Below are positions 39,845 to 52,521 of a stretch of DNA of 64,000 nucleotides, piece by piece. The stretch is taken from contig NC_134032.1 of the NCBI RefSeq assembly GCF_964204645.1, positions 2,690,175-2,754,174 of the forward strand. Direction: 5' to 3'. The stretch comes from Tubulanus polymorphus. Its lineage: Eukaryota > Animalia > Nemertea. The notes below the pieces were generated by a model. It ran no database searches, was not told the origin of the DNA, and saw only the letters and a list, made by a program, of their open reading frames with translations. The position numbers were made by a program, and so were the translations under genes. The stretch's first letter is position 1. The number at the start of each line of letters is the position of its first letter.

Positions 39845-40038
39845 AGAGTAATAGGGGTAATAGGCTTTCATATCAAAGGTTGAAGGGGCGAGTGAGTAAA
39901 AAAATGAAAACAATAATAATTTACAGTTGAATTAGGAGTGTGCGCGACTAATTCAACTGTAAATTATTATTATTTTCACTTTTTTACGAGCTCGACCCTT
40001 CGACCTTTGGTATGAAAGCCTATTACCCCTATTACTCT
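39845..40038. repeat. 194-bp fold-back palindrome (~91-bp arms, 12-nt loop)
   Basis: agagtaataggggtaataggctttcata...ttacagttgaattag [gagtgtgcgcga] ctaattcaactgtaa...tatgaaagcctattacccctattactct. Confidence 0.95.
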
Positions 40039-40646
40039 GGTCTAACTCAATTTGTCCATTCGTCTCGTGTAGGCGGAGACCTCACCAACAAAGTGATGAC
40101 ACCCAGCACCAGTCATTACTTCCGTTAGCTGCTTCGAGCGTCATCGCTAAATTTGTTATTTTTTGTAGTTTTTTTTATATTTTTAGTAATCTTTAGCGTT
40201 CAAAGTGATCGGCCTGGAAAAGTTAATCAGATGGCTGTCCGGGAGGCCGGGGTTCCGTCAAGAGATCGGCGTCGACGAAGCGAAGCTCGACAAACTGGCC
40301 GACGCACTGAAGCAAGTTAAAAGATCGACGTCCGTGGACATCGCAAAGCGTTCGCTCGAGAAGTAAGTAATGGCCGGCAGGCACTAGCTATCATCGGCGT
40401 CTCGCTCGATAACAACTGAGTCCAGACACTAAATGGATGAGTACAGCACCAAGTATCTGAGTCTCGAAGGACAACGGTCATAGCGGATTTTGCTATATAC
40501 GTGGAGGTGCCCATCGGGCAGTTCAGGTCGCGTACGCGTTCCGACAGCGTCAGGCGATCGAGGCCGGTCAATGACCGGTCCGCGGAGGCCCTACCCGTAG
40601 GATACCCTAACGGCAAAATGCCTCGCCGGGTTGCGAAGCTTCCTTC

Positions 40647-40760
40647 GACCATTTGACATTAGATTAGTTGACCAATTGCCATCACATTGATTGACCACTT
40701 GACATTAGATGAGTCGACCAATTGCCACCAGATTGGTTGACCATTTGACATTAGATTATT
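40647..40760. repeat. Short ~46-bp tandem repeat
   Basis: 'gacca(t/c)ttgacattagat.agt.gaccaattgcca' present ~2.5 times. Confidence 0.75.
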
Positions 40761-41444
40761 TTCTTTTTTGGCTGAATCTGTTAGTGTAAATAAAGTGCAT
40801 TGAATTTGACCATCTGGTCAAACAGCGCGTTCTCGAGAAGGTGTCCGGGTATCCGGGTGTCCGCGTTATTCAAATAGCCCTTGATGTGAGCAGGATTGAA
40901 TAGGATTCTGAAAGAATAAGTGGTACATTCACCGATACCTAATTATCATGTCACTATAAACTTTAATAGTCATTTCATGCTCAGTTACCATATGTTGGTT
41001 AAATTCAATCAGCACATGCCAGTAGTAAATGAAAACGGAAGATAAGGTTTTCCGCTTTGATGAGGATGCTGATATTGAATTTGAACAGTATGCACTTACT
41101 ATTTATTCTTGTGGAATAGTGTACAAAGACAATCAAATCAATGATAAATAAAGCAATGATGTATTTTAATATAATATTGATAATAATAATTGGTTTTCTA
41201 CCTGGTCAAAATGTATAACATATAATTCCAAACATGTGTAGTATTACACATTAAGAGATCATCAAAAAATGCTTGTGGGTCATCTGGGATAAATCTTGTA
41301 AGTAATGAGTGAGTGAGCTTCAAGTCACCTTAGAAATTCTGTATATGAATCATATGTTGAATTGCAGCATGAAGCCTATACATACGAGATTGCCTGTTCT
41401 CATTTTATTCTGATGAATATGGCTAGCATCCATATATATCCATA

Positions 41445-42786
41445 TGTGGCGAAAATTCTCTATATCTTGGGTGGGTTGGACCACAAAACATTGGTCTATT
41501 ATGAAATCAGACTATGTATTTATGACTTATGTTTTAGACTATGTATCTCGGAATGGCCTTAAGCCATTCTTTTCTCATTGTTTCTTTTTAGGTGTTCATA
41601 TTCCGGGACAGGGCTGAGTGTCCTGCGGCGATGTTTCGGTATCTTTTCTGCTCAATTTCTTTCTGAGAGATTTTTGGCAGTTCTGTCAGATTCCAATTTT
41701 ACGACCTGGGCAGGCCCCCGCGATGTTGGCCACGCCACATCGCGGTGATGTTAGCGATTTCATGCCATTGTTTTATTCTCCACCTGCCTATTAGAGTGGT
41801 GTGTGTTCACCTTTGTATATTTGGAACCCAACTTCTTTGATTTTGGGCCGTTTTGGTTCCGTCTCGTCGCCGGGGAATTCTCCAGCCCTGCTCGTGTTTA
41901 CGTTTGTTTTACGACACCGCTCGCTGGCGCAGCCTCACCTCCATGTGAGCGTTTTCGCGGTGGTGCAGTTTACTCCGGGTTATTTTGTAGTCAATATCTC
42001 CGTATCGGTCTTATAGTCGTCATTTTTCGCGTTCATCTTAAAATATTATAGAACTTAATTATATTTCTCGCGTCTTAAGTCTTTATTTGGGTTTTATCAT
42101 TCGTCACGGTCGAATGATTTCCAGTGATCTACTTCGTCCGTATCACTGCTCCTCACGCTTGACTATAAATTTTGCGCGATCGAGCTCATTGGCAACTTGG
42201 CTCTGGCGGAGCCCACTTAAGAAATTTTTTCGTACTTCACAGTTTTATGAAGTCGAACGCTTCAAATCGTATAGATCATGTAAGAAGACGATTTCACTTT
42301 CTATTTAAGACACGGGTCTCCGGGTCGTCTGACCCACGGGATCGCTGCGTGGTTTTTGACATCCTTCCCTCAGTGAATCCCGGGTGCCGACGCGCCCCAG
42401 GGCCATAGCGGCCGATAAACTCGTTACTTTCAATCCTGTAAATATTATAAATTCTCCATAAATTTGTCGTCTGTCTAAACTCGATCCTTTGACGATGCCA
42501 TCCTAACGCTCTCGTAGTATAGTATATATTCTGTGCTATCTTCGTAATCTTACTCCGAGATGTTATTTCAGCTGACCATGCCAATCGTTGATTAACGACA
42601 ACGCTCGTCGTTAATTATTTGACGCTCCGTCGTAAATTTCTTAACCGTTGATTAGCTACAACGCTCGTTTACTTAGACCTTATCTTAGATACCCGCCGGA
42701 GTCCGCCGCACCATCGCAACCTTTTGACGTTCCGTCGTCTCTTTTATATGCAACCGCACATTGTCTATACCATTGAATATGTCACA
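41445..42786 (+). repeat. Probable LTR of family A (right boundary uncertain)
   Basis: Starts TGTGGC and matches 19344-19590; candidate end GTCACA at 42786; no TSD found. Confidence 0.45.
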
Positions 42787-43414
42787 AGCCAAAAAGGGGA
42801 TATCTTTACATATCGAAATGTAAAGAAACAAGTTATTTTGCGTGCTGATGTGATGTCTTGGCATCGAGAACGATAAATTTTGTAATTATAGGAAAATATA
42901 TATTTGATCAACCGTACTACATTCCAATCAAACTTCGAATCTTGCTTTTATTTGATTTGCGTGCACTGGAAGGAAGGATGAGGATTTCTGTTGTTTTCCT
43001 GCTGCACCTAACCCATTGAGTTTTACATGAGGATCATTCCCCTATTGACCGTCCCTACTGACAACACTTAAGCATACGACTAGTTTGACAGATCTGGCAT
43101 GAGTCGCAATTAGCTCCTGAGATTATGAGGGACAGCTATGTGCGAGAGAGCACTTGGAATCGGTGGTTCTAAACACCGACCAAAACCGTCCAATACCGCC
43201 TGAAACCGTCCAATACCGACCAAAAGCCGTCCAACACCGACCAAAAGTAAAATTAGTACCGACCAAAATTGTAACAACCACCAAAAGTAGAATATGATAC
43301 CGACCAAAACTAAGCCGAGTAAAATGATACCCGACATCGTCTGATACCGACCAAAAGAATTTTGAACTAATCACACAGATAATTCTCAAAACAAGCTACG
43401 CGTGTCACTTCGAT

Positions 43415-43900
43415 CACTGAGCGACCACAGTTCAATTTTGAATAGGTACCGAAACTGTTTAACTTTGTTAAATCTTTCACTACTTGAAAACTAATTCATG
43501 ATCATTGGAAGGAATCACTCACTCACTCACTCACTCACTCCGTAATTGGCGTATCAAAGCAAACACAACTGAGACAAGTAATTTTTGTTTCAATTATTCA
43601 TATCCTAATAACTTGCTTTAATCATTATGTACTGAACGACCACAGTTCAATTTTCAATAGGTAATTACAACTTAAGTCAGTTGCCTAAAGTAATTTAATA
43701 TCTTTCACTTATTGAAAAACCAATTTATGATCATTAGAAGGAGTCACTCACTTACTCCGTAATTGGCGTATCAAAGCAAACGCAACTGAGACTAATTTTT
43801 GTTTCAATTTCCACAATAACTTGCTTTGATCAAATTATTTACTGAACGACGACAGTTCAATTTTGAATAGGTAATTACAACTTTAGTTGCCTACTGTTAG
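43415..43900. repeat. Subterminal direct repeats (~215 bp, 2+ copies) inside the MULE
   Basis: 'actga(g/a)cgac.acagttcaatttt.aataggta' at ~43416, 43631 and 43841. Confidence 0.75.
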
Positions 43901-43981
43901 TAATTACACTTTCTGTAATACTATATAAAGTCACAATTTTTAGACAGGGCCATCATTCATCGACAAAATTACGTAAAAACA

Positions 43982-46900
43982 ATGGCATCGAGAAAAATTC
44001 AACCCCGTCGTCGTAAGGTCCGTTGGCCTTGTAGTGTTTGCAGCCTGGAATGTAAAGATCATTCGATATATTGTCCCTTCTGTGAAATGTGGAGCCATTC
44101 AAGCTGGGAGAAAATATCAGCAAATATATTGGAAAGTCTTGGTGAACTGCCTGGAAATTATAGCTGCAACTCGTGCCGCCACGAAGAAAACGGTTCATTA
44201 ACTTATGGCCACGCACTAAAACGATTGGAAGAGTCTGCGATGAAAGGAATAAAAGGTCTAAAGGATGAAGCAAAAATGCTTACGTTACTTTTCCCTGACC
44301 AAGAGTCGAAAATGCAACTACCCGTAGTTAAAGAGTCAGAACTTCAAGTCGATGGGTACAGCAAACACCTGCTAGATAATGATCGGACCATCGAATAAGA
44401 TTCCAATTCGAGTTCGAGGAAATGGAAATTGTCTATTTAATTCAGTTTCCGTCGCACTTTCAGGAACAGAAGAATTGGCGACGGAACTGAGAGTACGAAC
44501 TTGTATGGAAATGGTATTGAATTCAACATTCTATAAGAACCATGGTAATTATGCTGACTTCCTAAAGTGTTCTGAATTCGACACGGCATGTCTTGAAGCT
44601 GCCAAGAACCACTCATATTCTTCGATATTTACAGTTCAGGCATTGGCAACCGTTTTACAACGGCCAATAATGTCCGTGTACCCAGCAGTCAACGGAATTT
44701 TTTATCATTGCGCTAGAATACTTAATTGGAATTTTAATCCAAGAGACAAAGGTATCGCCAAGAAAAGAAAACGACAAAATCAACAAGAAATCTATTTAAT
44801 GTGGACTAAGTCGAATACAGATGAAAGGCCAAGAACAGATGAAACTTGGTTACCAAACCATTTCGTTCCACTATTGGAAAAAGAAAAGGCAATGAAGGAA
44901 CGAAACATAGGGCCACCACCCGAGCAGAAACGAGTTGAACAACGTAAGAAAAGGAATGTCCATTTTACTCCAACCAAAAGAGAAAGTGAAATCGACGAAA
45001 TGGCCGAAAAGCGGAGCCGAAATATCAGTCCAGTCCGACGACACACATCAACACCAGAAATCAGCAACCAGTTTGAAAAGAAAACCATTCCAGTCGAAGA
45101 GTTCAACCGAAGTGAATTTTTGACATCATCTCCGATTCTTGATGAATCGTGGGATTTATCACCGAAATCAAGTCTTGAGGAAAAGGATGAATTTCAGGAA
45201 ACCGATGGACTGAATGCAAGTCGAAAAGTAAGAGAAATCAGTATGTGTGTGGATGTCGAGGGAACGAATGAATTTTCAGTAATGTCAGAAGAAGTTATAG
45301 AAGATACGTCGATCAATTACCAACGTCTTCAGAACGGTCGTTTCCTTGATAGCATGGATATACTTGGTATTTGTGAAAACACAAAAAACACACCAAAATT
45401 AACTCAAATCCCATGTGGCGTTAAAGAAAATCTGTTTTACGTGCTCGACAATAGCCAGAATGTCGATAGGAGAAAGAAACAATATGAAAGTAATTTTACA
45501 GATGATTGCGGCGCTTGGGTATCGAGCTCGTCATCCACAAAGAAAGTCCTCCTTTATCCCGAAGGTGATCGCTACAAAGTGACAGAACTAAAAAACAGTC
45601 TATATTGTACTAAAATCAAGGGTGAATGGTTACCATTGGAGCCGCAGCCAAATCGCGATGATATCGTTGATCTTCGTCGTTTCTACGCAACATTAAAACG
45701 AAAAAACGACTATAAGAAGCGCATTTCTTGGATCGAAAACGGACCAGCTAAATTCAACCAGACAATTTCTGTTGTTGAATACATCGGTGGATTCCCTACC
45801 AATAGAAGCGCTCATGGCCACGCAAAGCATTCAACAAATGAATACATCCGCACGGCACCAGATAGAATCGAAACGATATGTAGAGAGGTTGAGAATAATA
45901 ACCCAAGCACAGTATATCGGCAAATGGCTCAGGCGGATGACTCGATCGATGCTCCACGTAATTTGAAGCAAGTCCTAAATGCGAAATATAAAGTCGACCG
46001 CGAGAAACGAGATGCCCAGACCGCAACAAAATCGAACAGAAAAAATACAGCGGACGATATGCAAACAGTCATGAATATGATGGGAGAAAACAAATTCATA
46101 AATCGTACAACTAGACGGCAAACCACCAAATGTCATCCTGTACACCGATGAACAATTGCACGATGTTCGCAAGTTTTGTATTGAGGCCGAGCATCCTGAA
46201 GTTTTAGGTGTTGACCGAACTTTCAATCTCCGTCCGTGTTATCTAACACTTACAGTGCATAAAAATATCAACTTGTTACGCTGTAAAACTAATGAACCTC
46301 CAATTATGCTGGGCCCTATGTACCTACACTGGGATGGATTATGTATTACTTACCGTTTTTTTTCCCCATCTTAGAGCGGCACTTGAAGGCGATATAACTA
46401 CTCAGGTCGGATTTTCTGAGCTTTTAGTCGGTTCCGACGAAGAAACAGCGCTACTGAAAGCCATCAAACAAAGTTTTCCGAACGCCCAACAGGTATTATG
46501 TCATCGACATTTGGAAGAAAACGTCCGGAGACACCTTCAACACAAGGTCGGGGCGAATGATAAAATAAAACACAATGTGATTAAATCTATATTTGGAAAA
46601 AACGGTATTTTTGATAGCGAAAGTGAATTTGATTTCGAGAACATGGTAATGAATATAAGAGAGAAGATCACGCGTGTAGTTCCAAATTTTCTATCTTATT
46701 TTGAGAAACTCGTTCCAAAACTTAAAAAGTATGTATTTGAACCAAAATTGAGAAACCATTGGATTCCTACGAATTGGACAAATAACAATTGCGAGTCATT
46801 GAATCACGTTATTAAGATGGCGATAAACTGGAAAATTCAGAAAGTGCCCGACTTAATTACAAAGTTCACGAGATCGTACGACTTCAGTATATTGACATGA

Positions 46901-47181
46901 GGCGAGCTTTACACGGCCAAGGAAATTACCAACTCGCCCCGAAATTGAGAAATTTTGCAGTCAGCCATGCAGTACGGGCAACAAAAACTAAAGATGAAAA
47001 AACAAAACATTTTGAAAAATTCATGAAATATAAAACACCACGCAAAGTTAACAACTTAATCATCTCAACAGATGGTACTCTATGCATCCCAAAAACGGCT
47101 ACAACTGCGAAGAAGCCCGGGCAGAGAAAGCGAACCAAAAGTGAACGAACGACACCTGCTCGAAGAAAATTAGATATGTAA
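43982..47181 (+). pseudogene. PHD finger + OTU-like (vertnin-like) + MULE DDE transposase polyprotein, frameshifted
   Basis: CSVC..CPFC..WSH..YSCNSC (PHD); RGNGNCLFNSVS...NHFVPL (OTU Cys/His); GVDRTF, GSDEETAL, LCHRH, TNNNCESLN (MULE D, D, CxxH, E). Confidence 0.88.
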
Positions 47182-49005
47182 AGTTTGTTAATATAGATTG
47201 TAAATAAGATTTCTTAATCAACATTCATTTTGATTTGTTTTTCAGTTATTCGGAAAGGGTTTGTCACATTTGATAGTAAAATTCTAATCATGGATTTGGC
47301 ATTTGAAATGGGTTTATCCAATTGCATTCTACTGATATGCTGTATCCTTACTCAAAATCAAAACTACTCTATTGTCCTAGCTCTTTAGTCATATATTTCA
47401 ACTTGTGTGCTGGTAAGTGGACTCAATTATTCATTTCTCAGTTTGATATATACTTGATATATTACCATGTTTTTTCTTTGTTTTAGAGTTAATCCTAAAG
47501 AAGTACCATGAATTTCTTTCCTCAATTTCAGCGATGTTTCGGCGGTATGAAAATAAGTCAAACTTCGTAACTTTGCGCATCGGGCAGCATGGATGTTTTT
47601 CGGCGTCGAATGTGGTAGGTGGACTCCGTTCAAGGTTTATTCAATGCTGTGTTTATTATTTGACAACCCTTAAATAACTTGGTTTCATTTCTATGTCATT
47701 TCAGCAGGTTGAGGTCTGTTTGAGCGCTGTCTAGGAACACCCATGCATTACGATCGACTGACGCTAGAAGATTAAAATCGAATGTGCTTAATGTATAAAG
47801 TCTAATTGTGTATTTTGTAGATTGTATTTTGATCGGCTGTCAATAAAAATTTCAAAATTCGATTCGAGTTTTAATTCTTGATATTTATTCGGCTTTGGGA
47901 ATGAAAATCTTCGGTTGGGAGGATTTTGGTCGGTGTTTGGCAGCTTTTGGTCGGTATTGGACGGCTTTTGGTCGGTATCAGGCGGTTTTGGTCGGTATTG
48001 GACGGTTTTAGGCGGTATTGGACGGTTTTGGTCGGTGTTTAAGATTACCCCTTGGAATGGTGGTAGCCATATCCGCCGAGTAAACAACACTGCGAGTTTC
48101 GTCCCCACTGACTCGAATAGACACTTCACATTCATGGCATGACGATTTCATTTATTTCATACACTGTGTACGAAGTTTGTTAGACAATTAATTTTCGTAG
48201 ATTGAACAATTTCCAAGATTCACTCCCCTCTCCCAATTTCACTGCTCTTCTATATCAATATACTACATAGCAGCAGTATATGTGACATACACGCGTGTGA
48301 AGCATGAATATACGTAACAGGGCATGTGCTCATTCCGAAAGGAAATGTAGTTCCAACAACAAATGAGTAACTAAATAAACAAATAAGCAACGGATTCCGA
48401 TGAAATAGGGTTAGAGATTCTATAACTGCATTGAATGTTTTGAAAGTTCCGAACAGTAACTAAGCCTCGTTTGGAAGTTATTTTGTGCCAAAGGAAGAAA
48501 GTTTCATATGGACTTGGCAAATTGGACTTGGCTAAAGCGAAGGTCCATAAAAATCTACCCAACGAAGAGTAAAGATGAATGCCAAAGACTGAACTTAAAA
48601 TCACCTTTGGTGTGGACCTCTATAGAATTAGAAAGAGGTGTGGACCTCTATAGAATTTACAACACTAATAGATTCTTGCGCCAATTCAGATTGACGATGT
48701 GCATCGGAATCCTGGAAAGGCCAATCGTAAGGATCTGAAATAACCACGGAGGACCAACATTTGACAAGGTTATTCAACTCGGCATAAGACAAATTTCAAG
48801 TTAGTAAGTCAGCTGGGTTATCGGCGGATGGGCAATATCGCCACGACTCAGAACCGAGAATGAGTTTGAGACAAAGGCTCCTCATCGTGCAGCAGTTAAA
48901 GCTATCATCAGCTCTAACCTGGGGAGTGTTAACGAAGTAAATGGAGCTACTCGAGACTGGGAGAAAACCAATGTTGTCTCAATCCCCGAAACAAGATACA
49001 CGCAT

Positions 49006-49345
49006 GATAGGATAGGATTGTAAATTTCTATAGCGCCTTGTAAATTGCAGAACTATTATCAGAGGCGCTCTCCAGACGAAGATGATTACTTGAACAGAAA
49101 TGTCTTGAGCTGTGCTTTGAATGCTGGCAGAGAGTCAATATCACGGAGAGGTTGCGGAAGGGAGTTCCACACTGTAGGTGCAAATGTCTCAAATGCACGT
49201 CCGCCGAATGAATTAAGACGACATGATCTGACTAACAGAAGGTTCTGCGACCCGGAACGAAGTGTTCGGACTGGGCTGTAAACTGTTAACAGGCTGGAGA
49301 GGTAAGCGGGTGCCAAGTTATGGAGGCACTTGAAAACCAGCAAAG
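49006..49345 (-). mobile_element. 5'-truncated L2-type LINE 3' end
   Basis: LAPAYLSSLL..RTLRS..GGRAF..APTVWNSLP..LR..FKAQLKTFLF, then a gcgcc..ggcgc stem-loop and a short (TCCTA) tail. Confidence 0.85.
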
Positions 49346-49379
49346 CAACTGAACAACAGCAACACGAACAATAAGCCTT

Positions 49380-49960
49380 TTTGACTTGCATCACCAAATA
49401 CTTGCAATGAAAAATTATCAACGAATTCAAGAGCACTACAGTGCAACGGTCTTATTGTGTGGATTATGATTGAGTTGAGACATAAGAGTGAAAATTCAAA
49501 AGACGAAGTTTCTTAATCGTTTCAGATTCTGTTGAGTTTTCTGATCATTGGTCACACACACGAAGACATCGACCAGCTGTTTAGCGTGTACGTCAAGGTT
49601 GAGAAGAAAACTCTAACTCTAACTGTGTGATGGCATCGAGTTGGAGGGTTTGCTGGATATTTGATCTTGGCTAGCTCCACATCCAATCAACATGAACAAC
49701 CACAACCATTCGAAACCAAGAATGTTTCTATTTCGTAGGGACAGCCAAGATTAGTCGCAAGCAAAGATGTACTAAAGGAGTATATCAACAGTAACTAACA
49801 AGTTTAACTAGTCTACTAACTGGCGCACCTTTAGTGCTCAATAAGAACTATTCTACTATTGAGATCAAGGAAATAAAAAAAGAATATAGAGAAATGGAAA
49901 GGCATTTACCACAGGAGAAACAAGAATTGCGGAATGATTTTCTTAATGCCATCGAAAATA
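49380..49960 (+). pseudogene. Degenerate DNA transposase fragment (Sola-like)
   Basis: LIIGHTHEDIDQLFS at 49541-49585; surrounding frames are broken. Confidence 0.5.
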
Positions 49961-51299
49961 GGCCATATCTTCCATATTTGAAGTAACAGAAAGGCTATCA
50001 ACCCTATAGTAAGTACATGTATATTGCGGTAATTTATACTGATAGATATCTAAAAATATGTAATTTGTAGTCAACTCGATATCAATCTAGTCATTAATAC
50101 ATTCCGTTCAATGGTGTCTATCAACAATAAATCTAAAAATATCTGAACTAAAATCAGAGCTTCCAAAAAGAGATGCTAAGACCAGCAGGAGAAAAGCGAC
50201 TTAATTGAAAGGTAAGGATGTGTCTTATCCATTCATCTGTCTTTCTTTTAGTCCACTATGATCCTTTGTAAAGGCATACATGTGTATAAAATGCACTGAT
50301 GAATAAAAACACAGCCAGTTGAAGTAGCCACCAAATATTATGTCGATGTCTCTGTGGCCATGGACCTATTGTCCCCGTTTGGATCAAAAAGTTCAATAGA
50401 CAATGGAGCAACCGTTACTGTACTTAAAAAGGACTTCCAGATACTAATGATTCATATTGTTCAGACTTTCCGAAATTGCCGGGCGACAGATGATTTAGTC
50501 AATGGCTTCATCAAATGGTCAGAGGGCGTTCATGGAGATAGCCTGTTATGCAGCAAAATAGAGAAGACAGCAGGTAGAATACAATTTAAAGGCGACAGAC
50601 AATTCATTGTCTATACTATTGCTAGAAGAATATCTTGAGAGGGTAATGTCAGAGGGAAAATGCCCTGGTACAATCGACGCTTATTGTTCAGTCTGGTTTC
50701 TCGGCCTATATCGAATATTAAGTAATTAATGATGCGGGTCGCATAAGCCTACCAGTCTTTTCCATTCAGATTCTCTATCGGTGTCTGCATTGATATTGAA
50801 AAATCAGAAATGCCCCTTGACCAAAGGTCTGCTCTTTCATGTTTTTTCGAATTATAACAAGTCATTCAAACAGCGTAATTGATGCAATTGATACTTCGTT
50901 AAGCTCTGTACCCTACCAAATGTTGAACATGAACCGTAAACAAATATTGCATATTTTTCCTATATCTATATCTAATTGGTTAGTTTATTGCGAATATTCT
51001 ACAAAAAAAATAAAATTTAATTTGACATTATTTTGTGAATATTCTTTGTAATTATTTTGGATATTTAACAAAAATTAAGTATTTAAACTATCCGACGTGA
51101 CGCGGCCCGCAAGTATCGACGAGAGTCCCGACCGCAACCGTCATTGGGTAACTCTGGTTAATGTTACCCTAACCAGTTGTAAATTTTGAATATTTCCTGT
51201 TTTTAATTTAGCGTTTTGTTTCTTACTTTATGATATGGAATAGCCATGATGTATTTTTTGACACTCAGCTACAACAATGTTTATTTCTTTCATTATTCA

Positions 51300-52520
51300 T
51301 GTGACCTTTCCTTAATTTTAGCTGAAAGTAATGTCGACATCCTTGCCAATTGTTTGGACCATGAAACAGGTACAACATATCCTAGTTTTATTTCTTACTC
51401 ACTGTAAAATGCTACGGGACATAGGCCTGTACCTGTTATGGGCCACAACATGCCTATTGTAAGAAATCTCGGGTAGGATTCGGGCTTATTTATTCAATTA
51501 ACTATTGAAAAATTATTGAAAACAAATTATATTAAATCTCTGAAAACGATTTTCTCAACTTTATGTAATCTGTCCTTGTTTTTTAGCTGAAAGTAATGTC
51601 GACAGGTCTGCTAATTGTTCGGATCATGAAACAGGTACAACATATCCTAGTTTTATTTCTTACTCACTGTAAAATATGCTACGGGACATATACCTGTAAT
51701 GGGCCATAACATATGCCTATTGTATGAAATCCCGGGTAGGATTCGGGCTTATTTATTCAATTAACTATTGAAAAAATATTGAAAACAGATTATATTAAAT
51801 CTCTGAAAACGATTTTCTCAAGTTTATGTAATCTGTCCTTGTTTTTTAGCTGAAAGTAATGTCGACAGGTCTGCTAATTGTTCGGATCATGAAACAGGTA
51901 CGATGAATCCTAGTTTTATTTCTTACTCACTGTAAAATATGCTACGGGACATATACCTGTTATGGGCCATAACATATGCCTATTGTAAGAAATAATGCTA
52001 CGGGACCTATACCTGTTATCCTATTTGTCCCCAGACAATTGCCCCCGCCCAAAGTAAATCCTTTTAAATCTGGATTAACATCACCTAAATACTTCATGTA
52101 ACCAACAACAACTTTACTTAGAAATTCATTCAAATTAGTTTTAGTTTACTTGAGCAGATCAAAACCCTTACAAACAATCCTCAAGTAATTATAATCCACT
52201 TACGATATCAAAGGAAACTTAGTTAGTCCACTTATTAGTGACAAAATTATTGGAATCAGTTTTAGTGTTTAGCTAAAGTTAGTTAGCTAGTCTAAATTTA
52301 GTTAGTTCTAAGTTGGTTAGTCTAATTTATCAGAAGTTAGTATCTGTGCTACTTTAGGGTTAAAAGTTACTTAGGCGGGGGCAATTGTCCTAGAATCACC
52401 TGTTATGGGCCATAACATATGCCTATTGTAAGAAATCCCGGGTAGGATTCGGGCTTATTTATTTAATTAACTATTCAAAAATTATTTCTGAACTTCACAT
52501 GACCTGTCCTTGTTTTGTTA
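51300..52520 (+). repeat. Tandem ~263-bp exon+intron repeat containing three 48-nt phase-1 micro-exons
   Basis: ttttag|CTGAAAGTAATGTCGAC...CATGAAACAG|gtac at 51322-51369, 51587-51634 and 51850-51897. Confidence 0.75.
52020..52397. mobile_element. MULE-type MITE with 9-bp TSD
   Basis: ACCTGTTAT at 52011-52019 and 52398-52406 (single copy in the other repeat units); inverted repeat gacaattgcccccgcc / ggcgggggcaattgtc. Confidence 0.8.
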
Positions 52521-52521
52521 G

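Larger units (their letters stand above)
33931..40038 (-). mobile_element. Compact Polinton/adintovirus-like element copy 2 (~6.1 kb) with terminal hairpin
   Basis: Very AT-rich, intronless, tightly packed co-oriented genes: pPolB, SSB-like, penton-like, ORF118; 194-bp palindrome at the right end. Confidence 0.85.
43161..48050 (+). mobile_element. Full-length MULE (Mutator) transposon with tandemly repetitive TIRs
   Basis: 8-bp TSD CTTGGAAT (43153-43160, 48051-48058); TIRs built from 'accgaccaaaa(g)ccgtccaat' units (~43161-43360 / ~47915-48050). Confidence 0.9.

Noticed and set aside
43110-43389. Hydrophobic ORFs over the MULE TIRs (also 47788-48142)
   Set aside because: Artefacts of the tandem TIR subrepeats
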